64,000 nt of DNA from Amphiscolops sp. MND2022 (lineage: Eukaryota), in contig OZ076410.1 in NCBI GenBank assembly GCA_964187785.1, positions 71,672,001 to 71,736,000 of the forward strand. The letters run 5' to 3'. This document shows positions 25,447-37,300 of this stretch, one piece after another (position 1 is the stretch's first letter; each line of letters starts with the position of its first letter). Made by a program: the position numbers and the translations under genes. The notes beneath the pieces are model-generated. The model was not told the DNA's origin. It saw only the letters and a program-made list of their open reading frames with translations, and did no database searches.

Positions 25447-28032
25447 CATGTTGGATGAGAAACCAGAACTTAAACTCTAAAAAACTTAGATGAAATTTTG
25501 AAGAAAATCCAATCATCACAAATCTTTAAACCACCCCAAATGGGTTTTCTCGAAGACTGTTAGTTATAGAGCCTTGAAACTTGGTACACATATGCACGGA
25601 CCTAACACACACACACCGGCCAAGTTTCAAGGTCATTACCCCATTATAACCCACTTTACCCTTCACATGTGTGGTGTTCAAGGTCATTATGACAAAAATG
25701 TAAACTTTGTTATTTACCTCTATGACCACATTAGAATGTAACTCTGTTGCAATTGATGATATTTACATTGTGTAAACATGCCTTAGAGCCCACCTAACCA
25801 ACATGCTATACCCACACTATGGTTTGTTTACATAGCCAATAACTTAATAATTCACTCAATTGTCATTTGTTTATACTTCATATTTTGACTTATATTTATT
25901 GTAGAATTGTAAACGATATGTATACCACAACTAGTTAGGCACAAATTGATTGGAAAGCTGTATTCAAGTTGGGTCTTACCACCATTTCAATTCTCAATTC
26001 ATTTCTTCACCTCTTTTCGACTTTTCGCCAAAGACTTATGAAGACTTACGGAGAGTTGGACGTGTTAAGAGACAATGAAGAAGTGCAATTCGGGATCATT
26101 GGATCCTAGTAAGTCAAGATACAGTCCTTTTAATCTGAGAAGCAAGCAGTGTTCGGTAACAATCCGCAGTGTCGAACACCGAATTCAGGGCGGCGTAAAG
26201 TTTTGTCAAGTGAAGGGATCAAGCAGCCGTTACAGTGCATCTTGAAACTCGGGTGATTGCTCAACTTCTCCAAATGGACTGTTAGAACTGCTTGAGGTTG
26301 TCCGAACTTTCTTTCAAGTGTATGGAGTGCTGGTATATTGCACCACAGTATGCATAATCAGAAATAGTTGCTTTTACTTTTCCACTGACAAGCGTTTCCA
26401 GATACGTTAACTTTACATCAGCTGTCAGTGGCGCCGAACCTTTGGCACTCTGGAATTGTCCGTACCTTTCGTGCCACTGTAACGGGTCTCCATTATATAC
26501 GGAAAACTTCCATTCAGGCAATGGATCTTTACGGCTCAGCATTTCAACTAACTCATTTATGGTCACTGGATGACTAAAGCAGTGTTTGGTTGTGTCAATT
26601 CATATGTGGTTCCAGTCGAGGATCCATGTGTTGAAACGAATCTAACACTTTGATGACTCCGCAGTTGTGTTTGATTTGAATTCGGACCGGTAGTGTTTAT
26701 TGACTGTTGGACAGAATCGGGAGTAACGTCGGTCTGTACTTCACCTGCAGACATAGTTGCGATTGAACCAACAGGTGTTGAATGCTGGAATGGGCGGGCA
26801 TACGGATTCAACAACGGTCATTGCGATTGGCTCACGGACGTTGATGGGTAATGATTGCCAATTGCAGTGTTTTGTACTGCCGGAAAGAAAACCCAATTAC
26901 CATTGGAGTTCGGAGAGAAGTTCGTGGAATAACGTTGGGCAAACGGCGATTCCGCTTGGGGATGACAGATTCTCACCATGAGTATTTGCATTGGGGTCAA
27001 CCGGGGGAACTGTCACACCCGTCAACGCTTCGTTCAATGCTGGGGTGGTTGTGTTGTTAGGTATCCGCACCGATTCATCAATGGCAAAAACACTATCAGT
27101 CTCATGTCGGTTTCAGGTACCAGATGTTATCACTGTTTTTTTTCAGTATTGTCGACCAACTCTCTTGTTCGGCTTATTTTGTTAGCTGCTTCATCATTTA
27201 ACTCAGCTTCGACGTGATTATGACTCGTTTCAGATATAGCATCTTCCAATTCTGTTTCCTTCAATTTGCTTCCCTATTTGCCGACAATTTTCTTCGTCAA
27301 GCACTTCAAGTTCAAGTCGAGACATCTCTTCTTCTTCTCTCAATTCTTCTTCTAGCATTCTCGACTTCATTTGTTTGCCTCTCAAGGCGGCTTCGTGTTT
27401 ATTTTTGGCTTAAATCGAGTCAGCTGTCGCTTGTTTTTCAATCTCCTCACGGTTGAGTTTGGCTATCTATTGCTTCTTCTTACGTTGAGAGAAACAGAGA
27501 CTTGAGAGGAGCGGGAATTGCGTGCGCTATTCAGTCTTTTTTGCGTCTTTTTTCCGGAAGACTGCGATACGTGCGACGCCTCGGAAAAACTTTTTTCGTC
27601 GTCAAAGTATCTACATAGGCCCTCGCGTTAGCAAGGTTGTTATCGTTGGAGACTGTTAATTCGTTCAACCAAGATTCGAACTCGACGTGAGGGATGTGGC
27701 GTTGTCACTCACACTAACTAATAGATTCAATTCATCGTTTTTTGCTACTGCTTTTCCCAAAAGTTCCTTATATGAAACCGTATGGTGTTCGACAACTACT
27801 TATCTCTTTTTTAAATTCACAATTTCATTCAATGCCACTTAAGCATTCTCAAACTCTTGTTGACTTTTGTCACATTTTTCTCTCAACTTATCATCCATAA
27901 TTGACAGGAAAATATAGGGCAGTTGAATATTCTGTTACAAATATTACAAACAAACCACCGTAACTATGAAATGGATCGTTTCAGTGGGGAAAGGAGCTTG
28001 AAGGTCTTCACGACTCCACCATAACCCTGCAG

Positions 28033-28675
28033 CTAAGCGGGGACACAGCAGAGAAGCGAAAATCTTCGGGCGCCAACAGGGAGCTGTTTGTTTTTCAAAG
28101 CGCTTCGTCTTCGCAGATTATGTCTTTTGGGTTGACTCTTAGCTACAATTCGGTTCAAGTTACAGCTGTTTCGTAGTACAATAGAAAGAGTTTTGAGTTC
28201 TACTTCATGTTTCTGGTGGAGAGCTTGATAGGATTTTACCAGTGAATTGCTCTTTTTCCCACGTTTAGAGATGATGTCTTTCAAAATACTAGTGGTGAGA
28301 AACTTTCGCTTCAAGAAGCCGTAAATGTCTTCCGTGCTGTCACGTCGGTAGTAAAAGAAAGCTGCAACTCTTGACCGAAACTGATTGAGTGTATTCACCA
28401 GTTGCTGAGGTGAGGGTCCAAGAAGTATAATTATTAGACACTTGCCGACTAATCGAGTTTTGTTAGCACGTCATGCCAAATTGCGAGTTCTCTTCGATAG
28501 GGAAAAAAGTCTTGCAGAACAAACTGTACAGTTTGACGGGGGTTTTACAAGAAGGATTGAAACTGAGTCCAGGGGCTGTATACGCTTTTTTTGCATACCG
28601 GTTTTCCTTTTTTGGCTTTACCGGAAAATTTTTCTAAAGCGGGCGAAGAGAACATGCTCCAAGGATGAAAACCAT
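28033..28675 (-). pseudogene. SGNH-like accessory ORF in the Pao-A leader, between PBS and gag, in element sense
   Basis: Manual translation MVFILGACSL...APGLSFNP..(fs)..IWHDVL..SISRQVSNNY..(fs)..QLVNTLNQFRSRVAAFFYYRRDSTEDIYGFL...IISKRGKKSNSLVKSYQALHQKHEVELKTL; colinear with the Gypsy-1 LTR ORF. Confidence 0.72.
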
Positions 28676-29020
28676 TTAGGCGGAGGGGTAGCATCAAAGC
28701 TCGGGAGGGGTACCTTTTGCTTATCAATATTTTGGCTGTGCGGGAACGAAATTAAAAATTCAAAAGTTTCCAGCTTCAAATATTGGAGTTTGAATAGTTT
28801 TGATTCACTTACAGTTTTTCTTGTGATAAATACTTTACACTTCTCCGGGTTACTATATTATCGGTTGTGGGTATCAAAGATTGTACATTCCACGTCTGCC
28901 CAGAACTGCGGGTTCGTGAACACCAGGAAAAGATCGGGAAATAGCTCCTCGAAATGTCACCAAATCACTTTTGTTGTCGAAGTGCTCCACCAGTTGCTCG
29001 GGTTCTCGGGTGGTAGCAGA

Positions 29021-29038
29021 ATCCGGGTCGGCTGACCA
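29021..29038 (-). promoter_or_regulatory. Pao-A primer-binding site
   Basis: TGGTCAGCCGACCCGGAT on the minus strand, 4 nt after the 5' LTR. Confidence 0.75.
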
Positions 29039-29042
29039 AAAA

Positions 29043-29508
29043 TGTGGCTCACTTTAATTCAATGTCTTGTGGTTGTCGTTTTGGAGAAAAGTTGATAAAA
29101 GTAATGTCAATTGATAAGCCTCTGTAACGTTCGGCATAACATCACAGTGATACCAAAGCTGTCACAACACAGCAATGATTGTATAATGTTTCAGGATGTT
29201 TATCAAAACAACTATGCTCTCAAACATTTATGTAACTGACATATTACATGCACAGTTGAACTTGTTTACAGACAAATGATTGACGGGCAGGTACGTCCGT
29301 TTGGGGTCGTTTAGAGTCACGGTAAATAGGAGAAAAAGTCGGAAAAAGGGAAAAGGGTCGGGTCCCGGCACGGCTCGAACGCGGTTCTCTAACCTCATTG
29401 CTTAGGTATTTAACCACCATGCCATTCGGAGTTACATGAACAAGGTTGAAGGTCAATCATTATGAGAAAGTTAATAAATGTAAACAAAGTTGCATTCAAT
29501 CGGCAACA
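29043..29508 (-). repeat. Pao-A 5' LTR
   Basis: Aligns with 13030-13512; followed by the PBS. Confidence 0.9.
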
Positions 29509-32500
29509 CTGCTCTACACATGACCCGGGAATTTTTTTTGCAAACTTGATTGTTGCCAGGCCTACCATTGTATCTCAATAGCAATGGATTTTTTGCCTTT
29601 TTACGTATATCACAACGTCTAAATCGTTCTTTATCTGCAATCACTAGTGTAGTCCACAAATATCAGGACCCCTTTGTCAAAGCGGACCGGTGTGCTCAGT
29701 ATGTTGATTACATTAGAATTGCAGCACACACACCAGACGAACTGATTATTAACCTTGAACATGTATTTGAGCAATTGGACAAAGCCGGATTGAAAGTTAA
29801 CATGGGAATATGTGAGTTTGGACAAAAAGACAAAAACAAATCGAGAACTCAGGCAAAACCATTTCGAGCACTGGAATAGCTCCCATTGAAAAACGTGTAA
29901 CTGACTTTTTAGCTAAACTGAAACCACCAAACCCTGTAAAAGCACTTGAACGTTCTCTTGGATTTGTCAACTTTTACAGATCCTACATTTCCCGTTTAGC
30001 TTATCAAACTTGCTGTTTACAGGCACTCATCAAGAAAGGTGTTCCTTTTGAACTAGAACAACAACACAAAGTTGCTTTTTTTGAAATAAGTGAAAACCTC
30101 TTGAAAGCAACTAAAGTATTTTTGAAAATACCTCTACCTGATAAACAAATCGCGATAATGTATGACACCAGCGAACACGCTGTTGGCTATGTTTTATTGA
30201 TTGAAGATTATGATTCTCAGCAAAACAATTATACACCCCTTTCACATTTGGATCAAAGAAAGTTTCAGGGAGGTCATACGTCTCTAACAATGTATGCCAA
30301 GGAGTTATTAGCAGTGCACTTTGCATTTGTTGAATTTAGCCACATTTTGTGAGGTGCGAAAAAACCATCCTTGTTATGACTGACAATAAAGCCTGAACTC
30401 AATTTTGTTAGAGCTAAACACATCTCCCGCCTTCCTTCACTTTGGAAATTTTGTGATCACACTCTAGGATTTAGTTTCTTTAGCACACGTACCAGGAGTT
30501 AAAAATCCCGCAGCGAATTACCTGTTTCGCCTTGAAACTAGACTTGAAGATCGCGTCCATTTGACTGATTAATTGATCGTATTCCCATTCACAGAATTGA
30601 GATCGACATCGCCCAAAGACCCCGAAACAGGAGGAAGATGACCCTGACTACTTCTCACCAAATGAACCAGTCAGGTGCTGACGCAAGGCAAATGCAAAAC
30701 AGATGAAATCTGCTAACAGCTCAGACGTTTTACACGTTGATGGGAAACGGATGAATTTCACCAACTGTGACCGAACAGCGGCCTCAGATGGAATCCCGAT
30801 GATTGATCAACATCTGACATACCACCTCACAGACGTGATTGTGCCAATCCAACTCACACAATTCATCTGTAAAATCAACCCCGGTAAGGAATCAGGTTAG
30901 CCCCGTACAAGGGGTTGATCTAATTGATAAACAAAAAAAAACTGGGTTATCCAACGTATGATTAAAATGTTAAACGGCTCTGCAACACCCAGTTAACACG
31001 CAAGAACAGTTTTTCCTGAAAACTATTTGAAAACCGTCAAAGGCTTCAAGTAGTGAACGGCACCCTGTACAAGCTGTTTTCCATTATACGGTGCTGGAGT
31101 CTCATAAACAACTAGTTGTTCCTGAAGGCTGTGTAATGCAAATCATTAGAGCACTGCATAACAACCCAGTAAAGGGACACCCCGGCTTAAAGGAATTGTA
31201 ACACTACCACTCGCCAAACCTAGCAACTACAGTTCAAAAAGTAATAGACGGATGTGAGACTTGCATGAAATTAAAAGTGTAAGGGAATCCCAATTACGTC
31301 CACCGTTACAGAAATTCTACGACCCGAGCGACGGACCAGACGAGATGTTAGAACTAGATTTAGTAGGTCCGCTCCCGGCGTCGAATGGTTTTACGCACAT
31401 TCTAACGTCTGTCGACGTTTTCTCCAGATACTTGTTCGCAGTTCCGTTAGGAAGACCTGACGCGCTGTCGGTAGTGAACGGACTACTATCGATCTTCACG
31501 AGACACGTATCTAAATACATCCTGACAGACAAGGGAACGGCGTTTACTGCTGAATTAGTGACTGAACTTGCAAAAGTAGCCGGAATACAGATCTCCCATG
31601 GCACGATAAAACGCGCACAGACTATAGTGCGCGCACAGAGAAGTCACGCTGAGCTAAAACGTCTTCAAAATTAGCCTGAACGCTGACACACCACGATAGG
31701 GCCCCTATGTCGACAAAGCAATGATGGCCCATAACACGACATACCACAATTCGCTGAAAAGTTCTCTTACGGCATTTTTCTATGGGAGAGTTCCGTACAA
31801 TTCGCTCGACTTACAGTTCCGAAACCCCGAAAACCAACTCGAGCCGAAATAAAAAGACGTTAATGAGATTTTGGATAGAATGAACTTTGTCTTCCGAGAG
31901 AAGTCAAACAGCATCACCTTTGCTTATCACTAGTACAAAAACTACTACGATAAAAGAGCTCGAGCACAACCGTTAAAGGTGAACAAGTGCCTGTTCCTAC
32001 TAGACCCCAAGTAGCAAGGAAGATTTAAAACTTTCCATTGGAAAGGACCCTATAAGGGACCGTCATCAGGAAAGTAGGCATTAGCAAGACTCAGTGTGTC
32101 CAGAGAATGGGACTGAGACTTTTCAAACCGGAATTTAGTATCGACGACATAAGTGTGTCTAAGCAAATCTACCCCGATAATGACAAAGTAGAAGAAACCG
32201 ACATATTTGATTCTTATAATCCGTGTGCTGGTGACGCGAGTCAAGACCAAAATGATAGCTTAGACCAAGGAATTGTAGAAAACGAACACTCCGACGAAAC
32301 GTCCGTCAGACGGATAGACTTCAGAAAAGATAGGCCTCTAAACAGAGTCCCCAGACCACTGACTAGAACGCCTAACTCTTAAATCGGATTTGAAGTTGAT
32401 GATCCGAGACCATCAAGTGTTCGTTTTATCACACGTAAAAAATTATTCTACTATGTAACGAACGAGATTGAGCTACTCCGATGTAAACATGATGAAAGTG

Positions 32501-33894
32501 CACCTCACTGCGCCAGTAACCAAAATGTGGCGAGATATCCAGCACTTTCTTATCGCCGAGGACTGACTCTGGAGAGACGATGAGAAAGTGAGGAGTTTAG
32601 CCGAGAAGTACGTAGTTCTTTAGGAGGCATGAAATGAACATACATGTAATTAATTGAAACAGTTGATGTGACGTCATCAAAGTAAAAGACAGGCTAGCAT
32701 ACATGTAACCGTTTGAACGAAAAGATGAAACAACTAACAAATAACGCAACTTCCGATGCATGATAAACTAGTCAATTTACACGGACTTGGACAATCGTAG
32801 CACCAAGAAAACAACACCCTAGATCCGAAAAACAATGTGCAAAATGAAAAACACTCACGAAAGAGGGAACGGAATTGACTAGTGTAAAAGCCAATACTGG
32901 AAATGGAGCTGTCCCTAGTAGGTTAGTTCATGATGGTAGAGAGCACCGATTCAAATAGAAAAAGCATTGCCATCGTGCTGGCAGACAATTCTCTGCAAAG
33001 AGTGTCTGTTTACTAGGGAGGGTGCTCACAACCATACAGATTAAACTAAGCTTCCCGGATAGCCGATGACACAGTGAACTCTTAGATAGTTTTGAAGATG
33101 TTTTTGACCACAAAACCATATCCATTTGATAGAACGTTTTAGAATAAGATAACAGTCACTTGGAAAACTCGGGTGAAAAATTAAAACAAAAAAACTAATG
33201 TAAATGAAATCGACATGCACAGACATTCGGGAAACATTGTTTTTTATAAATGTTTCAAAATAAATATTATAGTTTGAGTCTGTAAAGTCAAATGGATCAC
33301 CCAAGTATAATTTATTAGGGCGAATGTCCAACATTTAACTACGACATGTATGATATCATTCATCTGATGTGTACAAACAGGAACGTGTCAAGGAGACGTC
33401 GTGACAGATGCCGATCAATAGTGATCATTGTTTTAAAATTACATGAAAGACGTGAAATGAAGAACTGGCAGTAACCGACCTGTACAAGACTCGCAAATTG
33501 AGCATAAACGCGATCAAAGCTGAATATTCCATCATTTGCAAGGAGCGGAGCAGCTCCGCCCTACCACCTAGTCCTAGGCCCAGAGCATTCGCGGCCAAAA
33601 CGTTGCGATGGTAGGACTGGGTAGAGGGAAGTTTTTCCTAGTAGGTGGTTTCAGTCGTGACAACCCTACCATCGCACTGAAAAATTTAGACAATACTAAA
33701 TGGCTCTAACAAGTAGCGACTCCGAGAAAACAAAAACTCAAGTGCTAATTCAAGAAAAAAACTTAACGCAATCTTACACACTGGTCAACCACTAATTAAA
33801 AAATGGAAAACAATATAATTCGTTGACATAAAGTTTGAGAAAAATTGAAGCAAAATGGAGGAATTTTTTCAGATTTTGACTAGAAAATCGACAC

Positions 33895-33940
33895 GTCATG
33901 CGACTGCACGTCACAAAACTCGAACGGCGTATAAATAGAG
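33895..33940 (+). promoter_or_regulatory. Candidate Pol II promoter (two CACGTCA CRE-like boxes plus TATAAATA)
   Basis: GACACGTCATGCGACTGCACGTCACAAAACTCGAACGGCGTATAAATAGAG; motif-only evidence. Confidence 0.3.
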
Positions 33941-34354
33941 TTTAAAGGATGGAAGACGTTCACGGTGAAAGCTACAAGATGAATTAACGAAGAAAAAGAG
34001 CAAAAAATAAAACTTAACTCATCGCAGGACGTAAGGTGGAAAAATGATGACAATTTTCAAATTGTGGAAATCTCCAAAACGTGCGGCTTTCCAAAATCCT
34101 TGTACCGAATTGATACTTCGTAGGCTTCACCTCGTGTTAGTTAGGTAGCGAAACATTAGCAAGCAATAGTCGACGGGAAACTGAGACGAACTTGGTTGTT
34201 TCCCGATTGGAGTGGTCGTGAGAGAAAAGTAAAGTTTACGAAACTAAATGCTTGACGACATGTAAATATGACCTCGGTTCTGATTCCTGGTAAATCAGTG
34301 CCTTTACGCAGTAACTCAGAAAATCACAGAAAACGCAATTAGGGATTGTATACT

Positions 34355-37300
34355 TTACTCTCTCGCTAAAAAGGGCAAGGATACTGTTCTACCGTGTTTT
34401 CCGACGTAGAACTCAACCCTAATACTCAAGTCAGGCTTTGTCTTGTAAAATAATAAAATTCCTGCTCGGCAGGCCTCAACAACATGGGAGAAAATATAAG
34501 AAAAAAAGTTTGAACAACAGACAAAATTTGTTTCTAAAGGTATTGGAATGTGTTCGCCACGACTGACAATTTCAGGACTTACAGCCCGTTCTCCATCTGA
34601 GTTGTTACCTAGCCGGTCGTACAATGATTGTCGAGAGTCTTCTCCAGCAACGATTCCAATGTCATCCCACAGTAACTCCTCGTTTAATTCAGCGAGATCT
34701 AACAATCGCTCGTTGGACTTAATGACTTCGTCCAGTAGTTGTCCTTGCACGCTCTCAAGATAACGCATCCCATGTTTGGCTAAAGATCTGAGAATCCTGT
34801 TACAGATCCCACTGGTTACGTCACATGTAAGTTCACCAACTGCGACGCACGACGAGGCCCACCGCCAAGAAATAGGACGCTCCTGAGTAGGCGTCGCGAT
34901 GCAGGAGTAGCACACGCACGTAGGTAGCAAGTCTGTTATCGAACTTGCAGCTAGCGCATCAGTTGAAGGAGTGGCACCGCGGTATTCTGCGACAAAATCC
35001 AAACATCCGTGTTCAAGCTGATTTTTTTTCGGACAAAGTAATCCGCTGCAGATCGACTAGCAGACCAGTATATAGTCGAATCTCATCCACTATGGAGATC
35101 TCCTCACGGTACATCAAGACCAGCGGGCAGAAGATTCCAAGTACAGCATTAACGTTAGCGTGTAGGCTAGACAGTTGTAACTGTTTTTTCTCAAGTCTAG
35201 ATAAAAAGTGCTGAGAAGATTGTAACCCACTGTTATACTCGTCTTTGATATCGAGAGTATCTCTGACACTTTGAAACTTGCTATGGAACGCCTGATGCTT
35301 CCCCTCTGAGACAGTCAGAGTCATCGGGTCCAGTTCCAGCCACTGACTAAATTCTAACTCCCTAGGCAAATTCGTTTCCTCGAAAAGATGTAACAGTGGC
35401 AACTCCGGACTGAAGTATTAACTCATTGATATCAAGTATCAACTGACACACGGCATAAGACGAGTTACCGATCATCATGATGAGAAAACGAAATAAAGGA
35501 CAACCCTATGCCTAGATCATTGAAAAATAGCGAAACATTCAGCCCTTAACAAAACTGTAAGCAATAAAAACATCCAAAACTCATCATGAAAAATGGAATT
35601 GACAACGGGAGTGTGATTGTGATTTTCCCTCCCCAAGGATAGCAAAGTATGACTAACAAGCACAGTCATAACAACGGTCACTAACAAAACACTAGTCCCA
35701 AGACTCGGAGTCACAGCGGTTGCCCACTTTCCAAACACAGGGTTAGGTCCAAAGAGTCCACAGGCTCCGCGACACTTAACGTTTTCAACAACGCTGAGAG
35801 AGCCCTGCAACTAGTGGAAAGTTCATCGCAGACATCGGCTAGGCTCCATAATGACATTCCAATAGATAATATTGCCTGTCAAGACACAAAACATACCGAA
35901 TTCCGAAATGTTATCAACAATCATGCAAGAGTTCCTAAGGAGTAGTTGAAAAAAACAAGCTCCCATGCAAGTAGTTGCTTGCAGGCAAAGTATGAGAACA
36001 AGAACGTGGGTGAATTAGAGACAAAAAGTCGTTGCAAGTTTAGTCTGAGGTATACGTACGCCTAAAACTGCCGGACAAGTTTGAACGAGTTCGTAGCGCA
36101 AATACTCCTTCAATTGCAGCTCTAAATGATTTAACATCGTGTACATGTCTGTGCCTTCAAGAACGTGTACACTGGTATCCACGATTAAACTGTACATATA
36201 CTTGAGAGCAACGGTTTTTAGCGTCTCAATTTTAGGCCCTTCTCCCTATCGATTAGTCCAGACAACGGGGGTAGACGATCACAGTTTATTCCTAGTGGTG
36301 TAGGCTCCCACAACATACAGCACCCCATCCGTGGCCTCACGAAAAGTAACCGCGTCACGAATTTGTTCTTCCAACTTTGGACTAATCTGAAAGAGCAGAC
36401 GATGTAATTCCTGATTCCTTCGCCTCCACAGACAGTTAAAGTAGCAACCACGTGACTAGCTACAAACTATTGGCTTCACTGTTGGGCCACGAGACCACAA
36501 GTTGGCGCATCAAGTATGGCCACAGTCCCAATAGTATCACCCTCTAAAATACGGAAAAAGAGAAACATGGTTAAATGCTAGTGGTAAATTCCCCTAAGAA
36601 GTTTCAGTTTTCAACTCGGAACACAAATTTGTGTAAATTTTAAAAACAAGAAGACAAAATTTACCAACTGAAATCAGTAACGAGAATCAGAGTAATAGTT
36701 TGTTTTTCACCTTTAATTTGTAATTTGTAAACAGCCACGTGTAATTTAAGGCATAGTTACCAGGACATCACCAGTATGGCATGCTTGACCGCACAATGAC
36801 GTGCGGTGCGGTTCTGCTGCCACCATCACTTCCCACAATCTGGCGACTGCAGGAAAGTCGCGATCACGGTACAGCGTGTCCAGAACGAGGCATACAAACA
36901 AGCGCAACGTACTGGTGTTGAGCCCATCATAGAGTGGCATCTCACGCCACACAGACTTCCTGGAAAGTTCCTACTGGAACACTTCCTCCACGAACAAATT
37001 CGGACAAATCCGCCACGGACGTTCAATCCTTCTAGCCGCACTCGAGACTCCCCACTGTCTACTTCGCTCATCAGATTCCCATCTCGCCGCCTGAGTACCA
37101 GATCTCTTTTCAAACGCACCAGACAGTTTAGTCGATGTTGTTTTAGTCCTCGACAGCGTTGCTTGAAGGTTGTGATGCCATGACTAGCCGCATTGACGTC
37201 CCGCTTGCACAGAAGGCAACGACGAACAAATGAAAGACGAGACTGGTGACATCTCACCTAACAAAATTCTAGGTCACAATAGTGGTGGTTGAACCACCTC

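Larger units (their letters stand above)
17653..26234 (+). mobile_element. BEL/Pao element Pao-B, complete with both LTRs
   Basis: LTRs 17653-18503 and 25404-26234 (TGTTGG...TTACA); perfect 5-bp TSD GTGCA at 17648-17652 and 26235-26239; removing it rejoins Pao-A gag (...HPSFKMH|NSEHIIN...). Confidence 0.97.
13030..29508 (-). mobile_element. BEL/Pao element Pao-A, full-length but decayed, interrupted by Pao-B
   Basis: LTRs 29043-29508 (5') and 13030-13512 (3'); PBS after the 5' LTR; PPT GGGTGGGAGGA before the 3' LTR; near-TSD CTGCG/CTGCT; DUF1759-type gag, WYLPHHAV, VFDPIG, DYFGP, LTPNHFLLG-like motifs. Confidence 0.92.
10700..32382 (+). mobile_element. Ty3/Gypsy element Gypsy-2, 5'-truncated gag-pol split by Pao-A (segments 10700-13029 and 29509-32382)
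   Basis: Gag knuckles (CGKTGHRKIEC, CQICG); protease LLDTG at ~11770; RT ...PVTTIADAA resumes as LHM...KLDCCQAYH and YVDYIRI after Pao-A; RNase H DTSEHAVGYVL; integrase LELDLVGPL...ILTDKGTAF. Its own LTRs were not identified. Confidence 0.9.

Noticed and set aside
28442-29035. 197-aa plus-strand ORF
   Set aside because: Antisense to the SGNH-like ORF and leader of Pao-A; no motifs.
29043-29508. Solo LTR
   Set aside because: It has a PBS and shares a near-TSD with the LTR at 13030, so it is the 5' LTR of Pao-A.
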